Assembly: GCF_006345805.1 (NCBI RefSeq) | Contig: NC_043002.1 | Location: forward strand, 118,916,001-118,980,000 | Length of the DNA: 64,000 nt | DNA from: Octopus sinensis | Taxonomy: Eukaryota | Direction of reading: 5' to 3' | Part shown: one piece after another, positions 24,403 through 37,231 of the stretch | Layout: each line of letters starts with the position of its first letter | How positions within the stretch are numbered: the first letter of the stretch is position 1 | Translations under genes and position numbers: made by a program | The notes under the pieces: model-generated | Databases searched by the model: none | Seen by the model: the letters and a program-made list of their open reading frames with translations, nothing else | What the model was told of the DNA's origin: nothing

Positions 24403-24903
24403 TCATCATCATCATTTAACGTCCGTTTTCCGCGCTAGCATGGGTTGGACGGTTCGACCGGGGTCTGGGAAGCCAGGGGCTGCACCAGGCTCCAGTCTGA
24501 TCTGGCAGTATTTCTACAGCTGGATGCCCTTCCTAACGCCAACCACTCCGTGAGTGTAGTGGGTGCTTTTTACGTGCCACCTGCACAGGTGCCAGGGGGG
24601 GTCTGGCATCGGCCACGATTGGTTGGTGCTTTTAACGTGCCTCCGGCACGGAAGCCAGCCAAGGCGACGCTGGCATCGGCCACGTTCGGATGGTGCTTTT
24701 TATGTGCCACCAGCACAGAAGCCAGTCAAGGCGGCGCTGGCATCGGCCACGTTCGGATGGTGCTTTTTATGTGCCACCGGCACAGAAGCCAGTCGATGCG
24801 GGGCTGGCATCGGCCACGTTCGGATGGTGCTTTTTATGTGCCACCAGCACAGAAGCCAGTCGAGGCAGCGCTGGCAACGGCTACGTTCGGATGGTGCTTT
24901 TTT
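24403..24903 (-). mobile_element. Family C RTE-tail repeat with expanded ~65-bp tandem subrepeats
   Basis: About five units of gcacagaagccagtc...ctggcatcggccacgttcggatggtgctttttatgtgccacc at 24600-24903. Confidence 0.85.
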
Positions 24904-25924
24904 ATTCAATTGGTTTATCTTGCAAATTAGAAAATGGCAGTTCACATTCATTAACAGCCAATTAAGAGTAACAAGTGGTCTAATTTTTCTGCTACTAAAG
25001 ACTAGATAGGACTTATGACTTCATACTTTTGAAATACATTAAAAATTATTAAAATAAATAGAATGTGATCTGATTAAAGTAGCAATCTACTTGAATCAGT
25101 TTGTAGCTAACATGCAGCAGGAAGATCAATGCTTGCAAACAGCAACAGATATTACTTAACTGGCATATTCGATTCCGATAACTAGAACTGGATTTGATAT
25201 GTTGACAGTGGTCTGAATTTAGCCAACATAGAAAATAAGCAGAACAGGAAAAGTTGTTCTGCATTTCACTGGTAAAAGACAAAACATGGTTTCATAATGC
25301 AGCATTTTCATTTCTGACAGTTTCTCCATATGTAACTCATCCAAATTGAACCAACCTCCTTCCCTTTTAATTTTACATATATCTGTTCAATTATTTTGCT
25401 TTCATGTGGAGATATAATCTTGTTAAACACTTTTTTTTTATGATTCATTTAAAAGAAAATAACATTGTTAAAATTTATAATTATTGATTACCTAATGACT
25501 AATTAAAGCTTCTGTAAGTGGTACAGAAATAGCTAACAGCAATAGACTGTTTGCATGGCTGGAAATTCTCTTACCGTCCTGATATGATTATTGCTAGAGA
25601 TTAAATGTTCAAGTTGGTTTCATAACCAACCCACCCAACACTGCCCAAAACTTTTCACAGTCCAATTCATCCATATTTACCTCTTCATATTTAAACAATA
25701 ATATTCATGTTAGCGAAAGCATAAGACTTAGCAAGATAAACAGTTGCTGTACAGTAGCTGATATTTTTATGGGAAATTTGTGTTCTCCAAATTAAAAAAA
25801 AAAAAAATTTTCCACGTTTTAACTTTTTATCCTTGAAATAAATGAATTTTTGAAAGAAGTGGCAACAAATAAAAAATGCAATAAGAAAAACAAAGAAATC
25901 AAATATTACAATTTCTTACCACTA

Positions 25925-26857
25925 AAATAAGAATAGCCTGGGCAAAGTTTAGAAAGCTTCTACCCCTACTGGTGACAAAGGGTCTCTCACTCAGAGTGAA
26001 ATGTAGATTGTATGATGCATGTGTGCGAACTGCCATGCTTCACGGCAGTGAAACATGGGCTGTGACTGCTGAGGACATGCGTAGGCTTGAAAGAAATGAA
26101 GCTAGCATGATCCGCTGGATGTGTAATGTCAGTGTGCGCACACGACAGAGGGTAAGCGCCCTGAGAGAAATGTTGGACATAAGAAGCATCGGATGTGGCG
26201 TACAAGAGAGACATCTGCCCTGGTATGGTCATGTACTATGGAAGGATGAGGAGAGCTGTGTGAAGAAGTGCCACTTCTAAACAGTTGAAGGAAACCGAGG
26301 TAGAGGTTGACCCAGGAAGACATAGGATGAGGTGGTGAAGCATGACCTTCGAACGTCGGGCCTCACAGAGGCAATGATAAAAGACCAAGACCTCTGCTGT
26401 GACTGCAAAGATCCAGCAAATAAAGTGAGTTCGCGGCTGTATCCTACGCCAGTTTTGCATAACCAGCCCCATCCCACTCAAAAGTACCTTGGATCGTAGA
26501 GTGACCTGCTGTGCTTGAGGAGACCTATTGAGTCAAGTACATCAACATTAAAATGAAAATCAAATGGAAATTGTAGTGGTGATGCCGGTGGCATATAAAA
26601 ACACCATCCGAACATGGCCGATGCCAGCACCAACCATGACTGGCTTCTGTACGAGTAGTACGTAAAAAGCACCAACCGATCATGGCCGTTGCCAGTTTCC
26701 TCTGGCCCCTGTGCCGGTGGCACATAAAAAGCACTCACTACACCTACGGAGTGGTTGGCATTAGGAAGGGCACGAGCAGTAGAAACACTGCAAGATCAGA
26801 CTGGAGCCTGGTGCAGCCTCCTGGCTTCCCAGACCCTAGTCGAACCATCCAACCCAT
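25925..26857 (+). mobile_element. 5'-truncated RTE-clade LINE (RT C-terminus plus 3' UTR)
   Basis: TKGLSLRVKCRLYDACVRTAMLHGSETWAVTAEDMRRLERNEASMIRWMCNV...LPWYGHV, then GRGxPRKT-like sequence with stops. Continues into the family-C 3' tail. Confidence 0.88.
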
Positions 26858-27699
26858 GATAACAGCAATTCAAACATCAATACTGAAAGCAAGAATAAAT
26901 TCATTCCAGAAACACAATGGAACAACAACTTCTAAATATTTCCCAGGTTGAAATTTTCAAAAGAAACTCAACCCAATCAATCATCTCAATGATTCAAAAA
27001 CCAATTTTGGCATTTAATTTTTGTGTTGGTATATTCCAAACAACTACTGAAACAAATCTTTACACATAACACAAAGAAAAAAGGTGGCTATGGTCTTTTA
27101 AACACCTGGATGAAATTCAGGCCTTTTTTGCAGAAAATATGGGCATCAGGAATCTCTTCAAGACTGGAAACAACTGGAACAAACATTTTAGTCATCCCTG
27201 TTTCCACTACCACAAACAGTACAGCTCTTTGTCATGCCAGCACTTGCATATATGAGACACCAGTAGTACACTTGTAGACAAAGAACATTCTGCCCTCTTA
27301 TTTGAAGATTCTATCCATTGGTATTTAGCTCTCTGAAATAGTCCACATTATAGTCAATGGTGAGATTCAGAAAGAGGTTGATTAATTCAAGTATTTTGAT
27401 GCTACCTTCATTGATAGAGAGGAGATGTCAGCACCAATCATGCACAAAGTACATTCAATCCTTTTGAAAGCTGGTCTGGTTTGGAGATACACGTAACCAT
27501 AATAATTCACATTTAACAAGTGTTCACCATTTCGCAGTACAACTGTGCAGTGACCAATAAGGCACACATGCGTTCAAATTGATCAATTTCACTGAATTCA
27601 CTACACTGACACTTAGGATTTTGTGTGCAACTCCACTGCCAGATCGAGTCCCTTCAACAGCTTTAGCTCAGAAAGAGCCTGTATTGTTTTGGTGACGAA

Positions 27700-27922
27700 T
27701 AGGCAGAAACGTTAGCACGCTGGGCGAAATGCGTAGCCATATTTCGTCTGCCGTTACGTTCTGAGTTCAAATTCCGCCGAGGTCGACTTTGCCTTTCATC
27801 CTTTCGGGGTCGATTAAATGAGTACCAGTTACGCGCTGGGGTCGATGCAATCGACTTAATCCCTTTGTCTGTCCTTGTTTGTCTCCTCTGTGTTTAGCCC
27901 CTTGTGGGTAATAAAGAAATAT
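27700..27922 (+). mobile_element. SINE family B
   Basis: Same consensus. Confidence 0.85.
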
Positions 27923-28410
27923 GTATTGTTTTGGTGACATAACAGTCATGCCAGAGCCCTTCTCAGAATGGCTTAAAAAGAAGGACAGGTAGCTAAAAAT
28001 ATGGATCTCACCATAGACTAATGGTGTAAATAAATACACCCTAAAAACACCTAGATTTACATAAATGGTGTATTAACACCTATCTATCTCCATGACAAAA
28101 TACAATGAATGGCTTTCTTACTAGTTCGAATATGCCCAAAGCATATTTGAACTGGTAATTATCTTGTATTTATAAGCATCACTACTTAGTGCTCCCGCCC
28201 AGTAATAATTACTGAAACAAGAGGAAGAAGCTGATTTATAAGAGACAAAATGAATATTGGAAAGACGAAGGTGATGGCAAATTAAGTATTTAGTAAAATG
28301 GAAAAAGGTTAATGATCATGTAAGGATCACTCACCTACTTTTAGTGAAAGGAGTATACAAACTTTAAGTACACTGGAAATATCCACTGAAAATGTAGCAG
28401 TGCCACACCC

Positions 28411-28900
28411 TAGTGGTTGAGGGGAACCTGTGGAAGAGGTAGACCCAGGAAAACCTGGGACGAGGTGGTGAAGAACAACCTTCGCGCTTTAGGTCTCACA
28501 GAGGAAATGACCAGAGACCGAGACCTTTGGAAGTATGCTGTGCGCGAGAAGACCCGGCAGGACACGTGAGGCCATAACCCATGGCCCCTAACTGGGACGT
28601 AGTCAGTCCACCTGTGCATACCTTCCTTCTTGGGACACTTGTGAAGACCTGTTGAGGCAAGTGAAAATCAAACCAATCGATGAACATCAATGGAATTTGT
28701 ATTTTTGTGGTACCAGTGGCACATAAAAAGCACCCACTACACTCACGGAGTGGTTGGCATTAGGAAGGGCATCCAGCTGTAGAAACACTGCCAGATCTAA
28801 CTGGCCTGGTGCAGCCTTCGGGCTTCCCAGACCCCAGATGAACCGTCCAACCCATGCTAGCATGGAAAGCGGACATTAAACGAAGAAGAAGTAGTAGTAG
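28411..28900 (+). mobile_element. RTE-clade LINE 3' end
   Basis: VEGTCGRGRPRKTWDEVV remnant followed by the family-C tail and a trinucleotide end. Confidence 0.8.
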
Positions 28901-29154
28901 TAGCTAAATCTAGGAGAAGCTGGAAGAAATGACAGACTAGATCTTGGAAACAGTATGAAGACAGGTGTGAAAACATTTTAAGAGACAAAGAATGAAGAAG
29001 GTGGATCTACTCAACAGTGGCTAAAGCAGGATGCAGATGAAAGAAATTGCGAGAAATGATAAGGAGCATGTTAGTGAGTAGTACTGTTGAAACTACAGGA
29101 AAAGGTGCATGTTGCATGTTTAAGAAGCACTGTGATTTATGGGAATGCAATATA

Positions 29155-29556
29155 GGCGCAGGAGTGGCTGTGTGGTAAGTAGCTTGCTAACCAACCACAT
29201 GGTTCCGGGTTCAGTCCCACTGCGTGGCATCTTGGGCAAGTGTCTTCTGCTATAGCCCTGGGCTGACCAATGCCTTGTGAGTGGATTTGGTAGACGGAAA
29301 CTGAAAGAAGCCTGTTGTATATATGTATATATATATGTGTGTGTGTATGTGTTTGTGTGTCTTGTCCCCCTAGCATCGCTTGACAACCGATGCTGGTGTG
29401 TTTATGTCCCCGTCACTTAGCGGTTCGGCAAAAGAGACCGATAGAATAAGTACTGGGCTTACAAAGAATAAGTCCCGGGGTCGATTTGCTCGACTAAAGG
29501 CGGTGCTCCAGCATGGCCGCAGTCAAATTACTGAAACAAGTAAAAGAGTAAAGAGA
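29155..29556 (+). mobile_element. SINE family A
   Basis: Full-length copy. Confidence 0.88.
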
Positions 29557-29912
29557 TATGGGTAATAGAAGTGAATCAGCAAAGAATGCTGGGGAAAAAA
29601 AAAAACAGAAATGAGAATGGCTCAGTGGCAGAATGGAAAGAATGGTTCAGTGACCGAGTGGAATACTGGAGAGATGGAGAGTGAGTGAACTGCAGAGAAT
29701 GATGGAAATACAATTAGAAATGGAAATTGTGAATGAAAATGAGATGAAATGGCTGGGTCATATGTTGAGGAAATATCAAACAACTTAAATAATTCCAGAG
29801 CAAATTTTTTAGAATAAATCCTTTTTATAATAGGCACAAGGCCTAACACTTTGGGAAGGTGTCCAGTTGATTACATCAACCCCAGTGCTCAAGTGGTACT
29901 TATATTTTAACA

Positions 29913-30146
29913 AGGCAGCAAGCTGGCAGAACCGTTAGCACGCCGGGCGAAATGCGTAGCCGTATTTCGTCTGCCGTTACGTTCTGAGTTCAAATTCCGC
30001 CGAGGTCGACTTTGCCTTTCATCCTTTCGGGGTCGATTAAATAAGTACCAGTTACGCACTGGGGTCGATATAATCGACTTAATCCGTTTGTCTGTCCTTG
30101 TTTGTTCCCTCTGTATTTAGCCCCTTGTGGGTAGTAAAGAAATAGG
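29913..30146 (+). mobile_element. SINE family B (tRNA-related head, Meta/MESC-like core), nested in an older opposite-strand relative (~29840-30282)
   Basis: gctggcagaaccgttagc...gagttcaaattcc (B-box)...gcctttcatcctttcggggtcgattaaataagtaccag core...gtgggtagtaaagaaata. Confidence 0.85.
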
Positions 30147-30325
30147 TACTTATTTTATTGACCCCAAAAGAATGAAATTCAAAGTTGACCTTGGCGAAAT
30201 TTGAACCTAGAACATTAAAGTAGACAAAATGCTGCTAAGCATTTTGCCTGGAATGGTAATGATTCTGCTAGCTCACTGCCATTTTAGAATTAAATAATCC
30301 CATCAAGTAATAAATTCTTTTAATA

Positions 30326-30560
30326 TTTATTTCTTTACTACCCACAAGGGGCTAAACACAGAGGGGACAAACAAGGACAGACAAAGGGATTAAGTCGATT
30401 ACATCGACTCCAGTGCGTAACTGGTACTTAATTTATCAACCCCGAAAGGATGAAAGGCAAAGTCGACCTCGGCAGAATTTGAACTCAGAACGTAACGACA
30501 GACGAAATACGGCTACGCATTTCGCCTGGCATGCTAACGTTTCTGCCAGCTCGCCACCTT
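30326..30560 (-). mobile_element. SINE family B
   Basis: Reverse complement of 29913-30146. Confidence 0.85.
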
Positions 30561-30863
30561 AAGATGACATATATGTTGTCATATACATATGTTGAAAGTT
30601 TAAGTACAGGGCTTAGTTATTGTGTTACATTCATGATCACGAAATCATGGTTTTGATTTCACTTTGCTCCGCAATCACTTTGACATCTGACATGTGGCGG
30701 CACGCTGTGCAGCTGTACTGTAAAAACATTTGATCACTATAAACAAATCATCTCTACAGGTTGTTTTGCAAGAAACTGCAGATCCATTATCCATAACAGG
30801 AGGGTTCCCAATATGTTGAAAGTAAATGTTTGCAAAACTTGTTAACTATGGACATTTGTTTAA

Positions 30864-31074
30864 CCCTTTCATTACTGTATTTATTTTGAGATGCTCTGTG
30901 TTTCTTTCAATTACTTTAAATATAAACAAAGAATTTAGTAAAATAACTTAGTTATCATTCAGCTAGTGTTAGGAACATAAATTGTGACTAAGGGTTGGTG
31001 GAAGATTTTAATTCAAAACTTATGAAAGCGGGACATTTTACCATGGAGCCAGAGCTGGTTTAGTAACAAAAGGG
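30864..31074. mobile_element. piggyBac-type MITE family 1
   Basis: TTAA|CCCTTTCATTAC...GTAACAAAAGGG|TTAA. Confidence 0.85.
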
Positions 31075-31449
31075 TTAATAACTATCACAAACACCTCCAG
31101 AGTGCCGTACAGCAGTAATGGATTCTCAGTTTTCTTATGCCAAGGCAGAGGGTACAGAAACGAGTTTCAAATGCAAACATCTTCAATGAATCCTATTTAT
31201 TTTCCTGTAGAAATACCAAACGTCACTGCTTTGAGACTGACTTTCATAATCCTTAAGTAAGCACAGCATTGTAACCCAAATCAAATGATGAAAGGAATTC
31301 AAATCAAATCAATCTAAGCTCAATTCAAAACATAAATACTACTATGTTTTATCTAAATATCTATTATTTAATTTGCTCTGAGGTTGTTTCAATTCGTACC
31401 TGAAAAGGTATAGTAATAAGAACTTAAACTGCGAATTTCCATTTATTCA

Positions 31450-31910
31450 TTCATTATCATTTAATGTCCAGCCACTCAGGCTTCATGTCTGTTTTAGCAT
31501 GGCTTCTACAATTGGATGCCCTCCCTAACACCAACCACTCTACAGAGCGTACTGGGTGCTGTTACGCAGCACCAGCACAGGTGTGTTTACATGGCATTTA
31601 TTTCAGTCTCTTGTCATTCCCTCTGTGAGTCCCAACATCTGAAGATCGTTTCTCACCCCTTTGTCCGTCTTTCTGGGTCTACCTTTTCCACATGTTCTCT
31701 CTACACTTAAAGATCAGCACTTCTTGATGCAACTGTCCTCATTCATATGCATTACATGACCATACCAGCTCAGTCTTCTCTCTTGCACACTACATCTGAT
31801 GCCTCATATACCCAGTATTTTTTTCTCAAATCACATACTGTTGTATATGCACACTAACATTACCCATCCATTGGAGAATACTGGCTTCATTTCTTTCAAA
31901 CCTTATGTCT
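31450..31910 (-). mobile_element. Decayed RTE-clade LINE 3' end
   Basis: Reverse complement resembles 26090-26400 (gaaagaaatgaagccagt..., tggtatggtcatgtaatg), plus the tail motif ggatgccctccctaacaccaaccact. Confidence 0.65.
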
Positions 31911-33252
31911 AAATATTTTATTCTGGAGATAGCATTTGTAACACTGCAACTCTCAGAGAATCAAATACACTTAATACTTGCTTTCTGTCAAATTGGTTTC
32001 AAATTTTTGGCACAAGGCCAGTAGTTTTGGGGGAGCAATTTTTACATCAACCCAGTACTCAATTGGTACTTATTTTATCAACCCTGAAAGGCAGTAAGGT
32101 AAATCAACCTTGGCAGAATTTGAACCCAAAACAAAGACGAAATACTGCCAAGCATTTTGCCCAACATACTAACGATTCTGCCAGCTTGCCACCTTTATGC
32201 TTTCTGACAAAATGCCAAAGAATACCTTACACTCTGTGCACCTAATATTTGCTTCCTTTGGGTATTCAAAGTGAAACCATCTCTCAGATATGAGGGTTCT
32301 TCGTATGCACTACCAACATAGTTTGATCTTGTGAGTCTTCAAACACTTCAAAATCTAAAATTTTTGCAGTTTTCCAACAGAATTTGTAATGACATTAGCA
32401 CAATTCCAATAAAAGCAAAGGTTAGAATGAAGAGAATGCAAAGACTTTTAGGGAACACTCGTCTATACACTAAAATTCTTAAGTTCTCTGCTTGTCCTGA
32501 CCCTTTTCTCTACTTCATACATGGTCAAAACCCCTTACACAAACCATTATCCACACTTAGCTTTTCAGACCAATCAAGCTTTGAGAAAAAGGCTATGCAA
32601 AAATGCTTCTGAAAGCAGGTAACTGCAGTAAGTTATCTTTATAGTGACTAAAGTCATGCAACTATGTGACCTCAATGACTGGTATGGCAGCAATTTTCAT
32701 TTGGGCAGGATATAGGTGCAGTCAAGATGTGAGTCATGACAGACAACTATAAAAGATTACTTTAGAGAAGCAGAAAATGCAATTGTGATGACTAATGAAG
32801 AATAAAAAAAATCATTTTCTCCGAATATTGATAAAATCACAAGAGATACTTGCTGCAATCAAATTATGTAAAATACAGCTCATACAGACTAATACAACTG
32901 ACTAGTAACTCAGGTTTCAGAAAATCTAAGAGAGGGAGCACTACAACAAACAAACAATATCAGTTCAAGAGAATTATCTCAGAATTCAGTGAGTAAAAAT
33001 GACTGCAATAATATTGTTGGCTAAAGAAGAAAGAAAAACATGAGTCCATTCAAAACACAGAAAAGAAGATGTGAAACTATGTACCAAAATATAAACCTCT
33101 GAAGAGAATTTTTCATCCAAAAGAGTTTAAATTTTAACAATCATTGAGAATTGGTTAAGTATAAAAACAACCCCAAAAAGTGTAATTCTTGCAGAACTGA
33201 AACCAATATATATCATCATTTAGTATCCATGTGTGTGTGTATATATATATAT

Positions 33253-33720
33253 CATCATCATCATTTAACATCCACCTTCTATGTTGCCATGGGTGGGATG
33301 GTTTGCCAGGAGCTGGCCAAGCAAGAGCCTACACCAGACTTCTGTAACTGTTTTTGCAGGATTTTTACAGCTGGATGCTCTTCCTAACACCAACAACTCA
33401 GCAAAATGGACTTTTTATGTGCTTAAACAAGCAAAGGCGAGGCAAGTTTTGGCAAGGTTTTTACAGCTGGATGCCCTTCTGAACACCAACCACTTTACAG
33501 AGTGGATTGTGGCACCTGCACTGACAGGGTCACCAAGTAACTTGCAAGACAAAAATTATTTGCAAGGCAAGGGGGCACTGGAGGAGGTGACCTTGTGTCA
33601 GGTGATGAAAGATTATAGTGAGACAGAGAGAAACAGAAACAGGTGTCTTGCAGTAGAAGAGGTACAATGTTACCCACCTGGAGAGTAAAAGAGGGAGATC
33701 AATAATGAAATCAGAAACAG
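33253..33720 (-). mobile_element. Decayed family C-related tail repeat
   Basis: catcatcatttaacatcc...acagctggatgc(t/c)cttc occurs twice. Confidence 0.55.
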
Positions 33721-34868
33721 GTGTGCAGCTGCAAGATGTATATGAGAGGAAAGAGATAGAGCATATTTTTGTGTTAAATAGTTATTTTTAACATACTTTT
33801 TCTGCTTCAAAGCTACAAATTTATATTCCTTGCGTACTAAAATTTCGTTAAATATTAATGAGTAAGCTGAACTTGATTTGGTCTTCCAGTCGAAATTGAA
33901 TATTTTCAGATTTTATAATGAATGCAGAATTGTGTCTTTAAAAGGCAGACAGTTCACAACCATAAACAGCATGGAAAAGAAATGATCATCAGCGTGTGTG
34001 TGTGTGTGTAACCTTGTATCAATATTGAACTCAAGTCCTCCTACAAGTTATTGAAGATAGAAGATACTAGAAAATGTAATATAATCCATGCTAAAAACAA
34101 ATTTCTTCTGAGCTACTAGAAATAATAGATTCGATAATTAAGCATCCAATTTTCTTCACATATTTGTGTTTACTAAATGGCATAATTAACTGAAATTAAT
34201 GGAGCAAGTATGCTTGTAACTAGATAACATGAAAACAAATCTAGAAATGGTTACCCATTTCAGACAAGCTGACTACCATAAACATTGTGTACCTTATCTG
34301 AAGACAATGAAAATGCTTCAATTTATGACTTTTTACAGCTTCCATGAACCTTACTTAATGCAACAGGATTCAACACTGCAAATAGTAACAGTTTTGTTGA
34401 TGAATGTAACTAACCTTCACATTGCATCTGTTGTCTTTGAATTGTTTTTTATTTTCTTGTCTTCATAAAGGCTAAAATTGCTTGCAGTGTGCAAATTAAT
34501 GCCTATGAATTGATCAAGATCCTCACAGTCTGGTCCACAATTACAGCAATCTATGAGTGACATTAGACATTAACTTTGTGCTCAGAATTACAAATACTGT
34601 AGTTTAGAGTTCTTCATTAAACCACTTCTTATAAACTCTTTTTACATAATTCCCTCAAGACATAACTGACAATACACAACTACATTTTAAGAGAATCATT
34701 ATGCAATAAAAAAAAACTTACTTTCTTTTAATTAGAGCAAACTATTAGTCATTGGATAGGTAGTCACAGTACAGTCAATACATAAGACTTTGCTATGTTA
34801 TATTCCACTACCTCTTTCAACAAAATGTTTATTTCTATTCCACCTCAGTATCTCAAACTGAAAAAAGG

Positions 34869-35065
34869 GCACCTGTGCAGGTGGCACGTAAAAAGCACCC
34901 ACTACACTTGCGGAGTGGTTGGCATTAGGAAGGGCATCCAGCTGTAGAAACTCTGCCAGATCAGACTGGAGCCTGGTGCAGCACCTGGCTTCTCAGACCC
35001 CGGTCGGACCGTCCAACCATGCTAGCGCGGAAAACGGACGTTAAACGATGATGATGATGATGATG
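34869..35065 (+). mobile_element. Family C RTE-tail repeat
   Basis: Ends ggacgttaaacgatgatgatgatgatgatga. Confidence 0.8.
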
Positions 35066-36836
35066 AATGCACTCAATCCACAATGCCTTAAAGACAACCA
35101 TTTTCCTCCCTGTTATTGTATGCCAGGTGACAAAGGAGCAAGATGAGACCTGTCCAAACAACAACAAAATAGAAAAGGAGATGTATGATGATGATGATGA
35201 TAGCGATCTATTCAGCACTTCCTTATTTGCACAAATTTTCACTGGCTTGTGAACAAAATTCTCTGAAACTATGAACTCTGACCACAGAAAAACAATGATC
35301 ACATTCTAAATAACCATTACTTTCTACAAAAGTAATTTAAATTACTCAGAATACCCTATCCACTACTCTCTCCAGCAATTCTATTCAGACACGACTTGGA
35401 TATGTTCACAAAATGAAAACCGACAAGTGCTTTCTAAGTGCATAATAAGCTTAGATACTAACAATATCATTACAGTTTGGTTACATATAAAAATTACTAT
35501 AAAGAAAATTGAAAATTGTTACCTTATTTAAAAACATAACAAGGGGAAAGGGTTTGAACCAGGAATTATACACCTCCAAATATCACGAATATACCAATGA
35601 TACAAAACGTTAATGCAAGATAAACATACTCTAAGCATTCAATCACAATATAATATATGCTAATATCTGAAATCACTTTAAAACCAAGAGCAAATTTTGC
35701 TGTAGCGTTATGCGATCAATTAATGAATACACTAATGAAATGAATTTCAGTGAATTCTGAAGGGCTTTAATCACAAATAAAAAGAGGACTTCACATGATG
35801 GATATTTCTTCTGATAATGAAAGAGCATTTGAAGATATTTGCAAATTTGAATAAAGTCATTCTAAACTAGGTGTAAAATGAGTGAACAATCTACGTGGTC
35901 ACTCGTCGTGCTAGAAACAGCAGCCATATCTTTCTCAACTTACACCTTCACCGTCTTTTATGAAAACAGGCCATTAGATAGTGTAGTCTTAAGATACCCT
36001 AAAAAGGCAAGATGATCATGGCTGGAATGGTTTTGATCAAAATTCCTCTCGGTCAGAGTTAACCTTAGACTAAAAACTAGATTTTGAAGGCCTGTAGATA
36101 CATACGTAATTACTCGCTTTCTATAGGTAGTGTTTTTATTATTATTATTATTATTTTATTTTATTTAATACGAACGTTTTAACTTCATAATGATATCATT
36201 GGTGTCATATATATATTGTTATAACAGATTTATAAATTTCCCAAAACATATTACTGGTGTCCTGAAATAATATGATGCTTCAAATACAAAGAAAATATTA
36301 ACGACGGGGTACATGCGAGTCAGCCTCAGCCAATTAACCTAATTAACTCGTGTCACACACCTCACAACAGGTCACCTGGCTACTAACTCAGTTATCTCCC
36401 CTCTACATAGCGGAAGTAACCTCTGTGTAATAGAATATTTCAAGAGTCAGAACAGGTAGATCCTAATGTAAAAGGTAAAAAATCCTGTAGGATTTCAAAG
36501 ACATTGATTTTTACTGAAACTAGTAAAAGTTAAACACATTATCAATAAAATATTTTCCACGAACATTTAATTTCTACGACGCCACGATCTGTATTATTAA
36601 ATTCTTTAAGTTCATGTAACCTTTCGCAGGAGGTTCCGCTTGAACGACATCAAATATGTATATGTGAGAAAGAAAAGGTTTAGAGAGACAGACAAGAAGA
36701 CCATTTCGACAAAATTAGCAAATGAAACATCAAATAATTTAAACTTATTTGCCCAAGTACACAACACAAACTATCTCAGGGTATCATTATTAGTAGAGTA
36801 TAAGTGTTTTAACACACACACACATATATATATATA

Positions 36837-37231
36837 CAAATTGAGATAGGGGTTGTAAATGCAACCCTACATGGGATAACATATATCCAATATACTGCTA
36901 GTGAAGTACCCAACAAAGTTAATACATAAATGTTAAGAATTGCGATGCAATTAATTCATTTACTGTATTATATGGGCAAAGGTAAAATGTTTTACCACAA
37001 ATTCATAATACAAATTAAGAAAATGGAGAAATACATCCAAATCAAATATCGATTACCAGATAATACCCAATCACATACTTTATTAAAACCACCACATAAG
37101 AAACTTTAAGGTCAAACATAATAATATAGACCTTAAAGTTTCTTGTGGTGGTTTAATAAAGTATGTGATTGGGTATTATCTGGTAATCGATATTTGATTT
37201 GGATGTATTTCTCCATTTTCTTATTTTGTAT
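36837..37231. repeat. Foldback insert with ~105-bp inverted arms in a TA/CA tract
   Basis: 37008-37113 and 37129-37231 are near-perfect reverse complements with a 15-nt spacer. Both ends abut microsatellite. Confidence 0.8.

Noticed and set aside
24600-24903. ~65-bp periodic repeats as a possible CRISPR or repeat protein
   Set aside because: Internal subrepeats of the RTE 3' UTR; the intervening sequences are homologous to each other.
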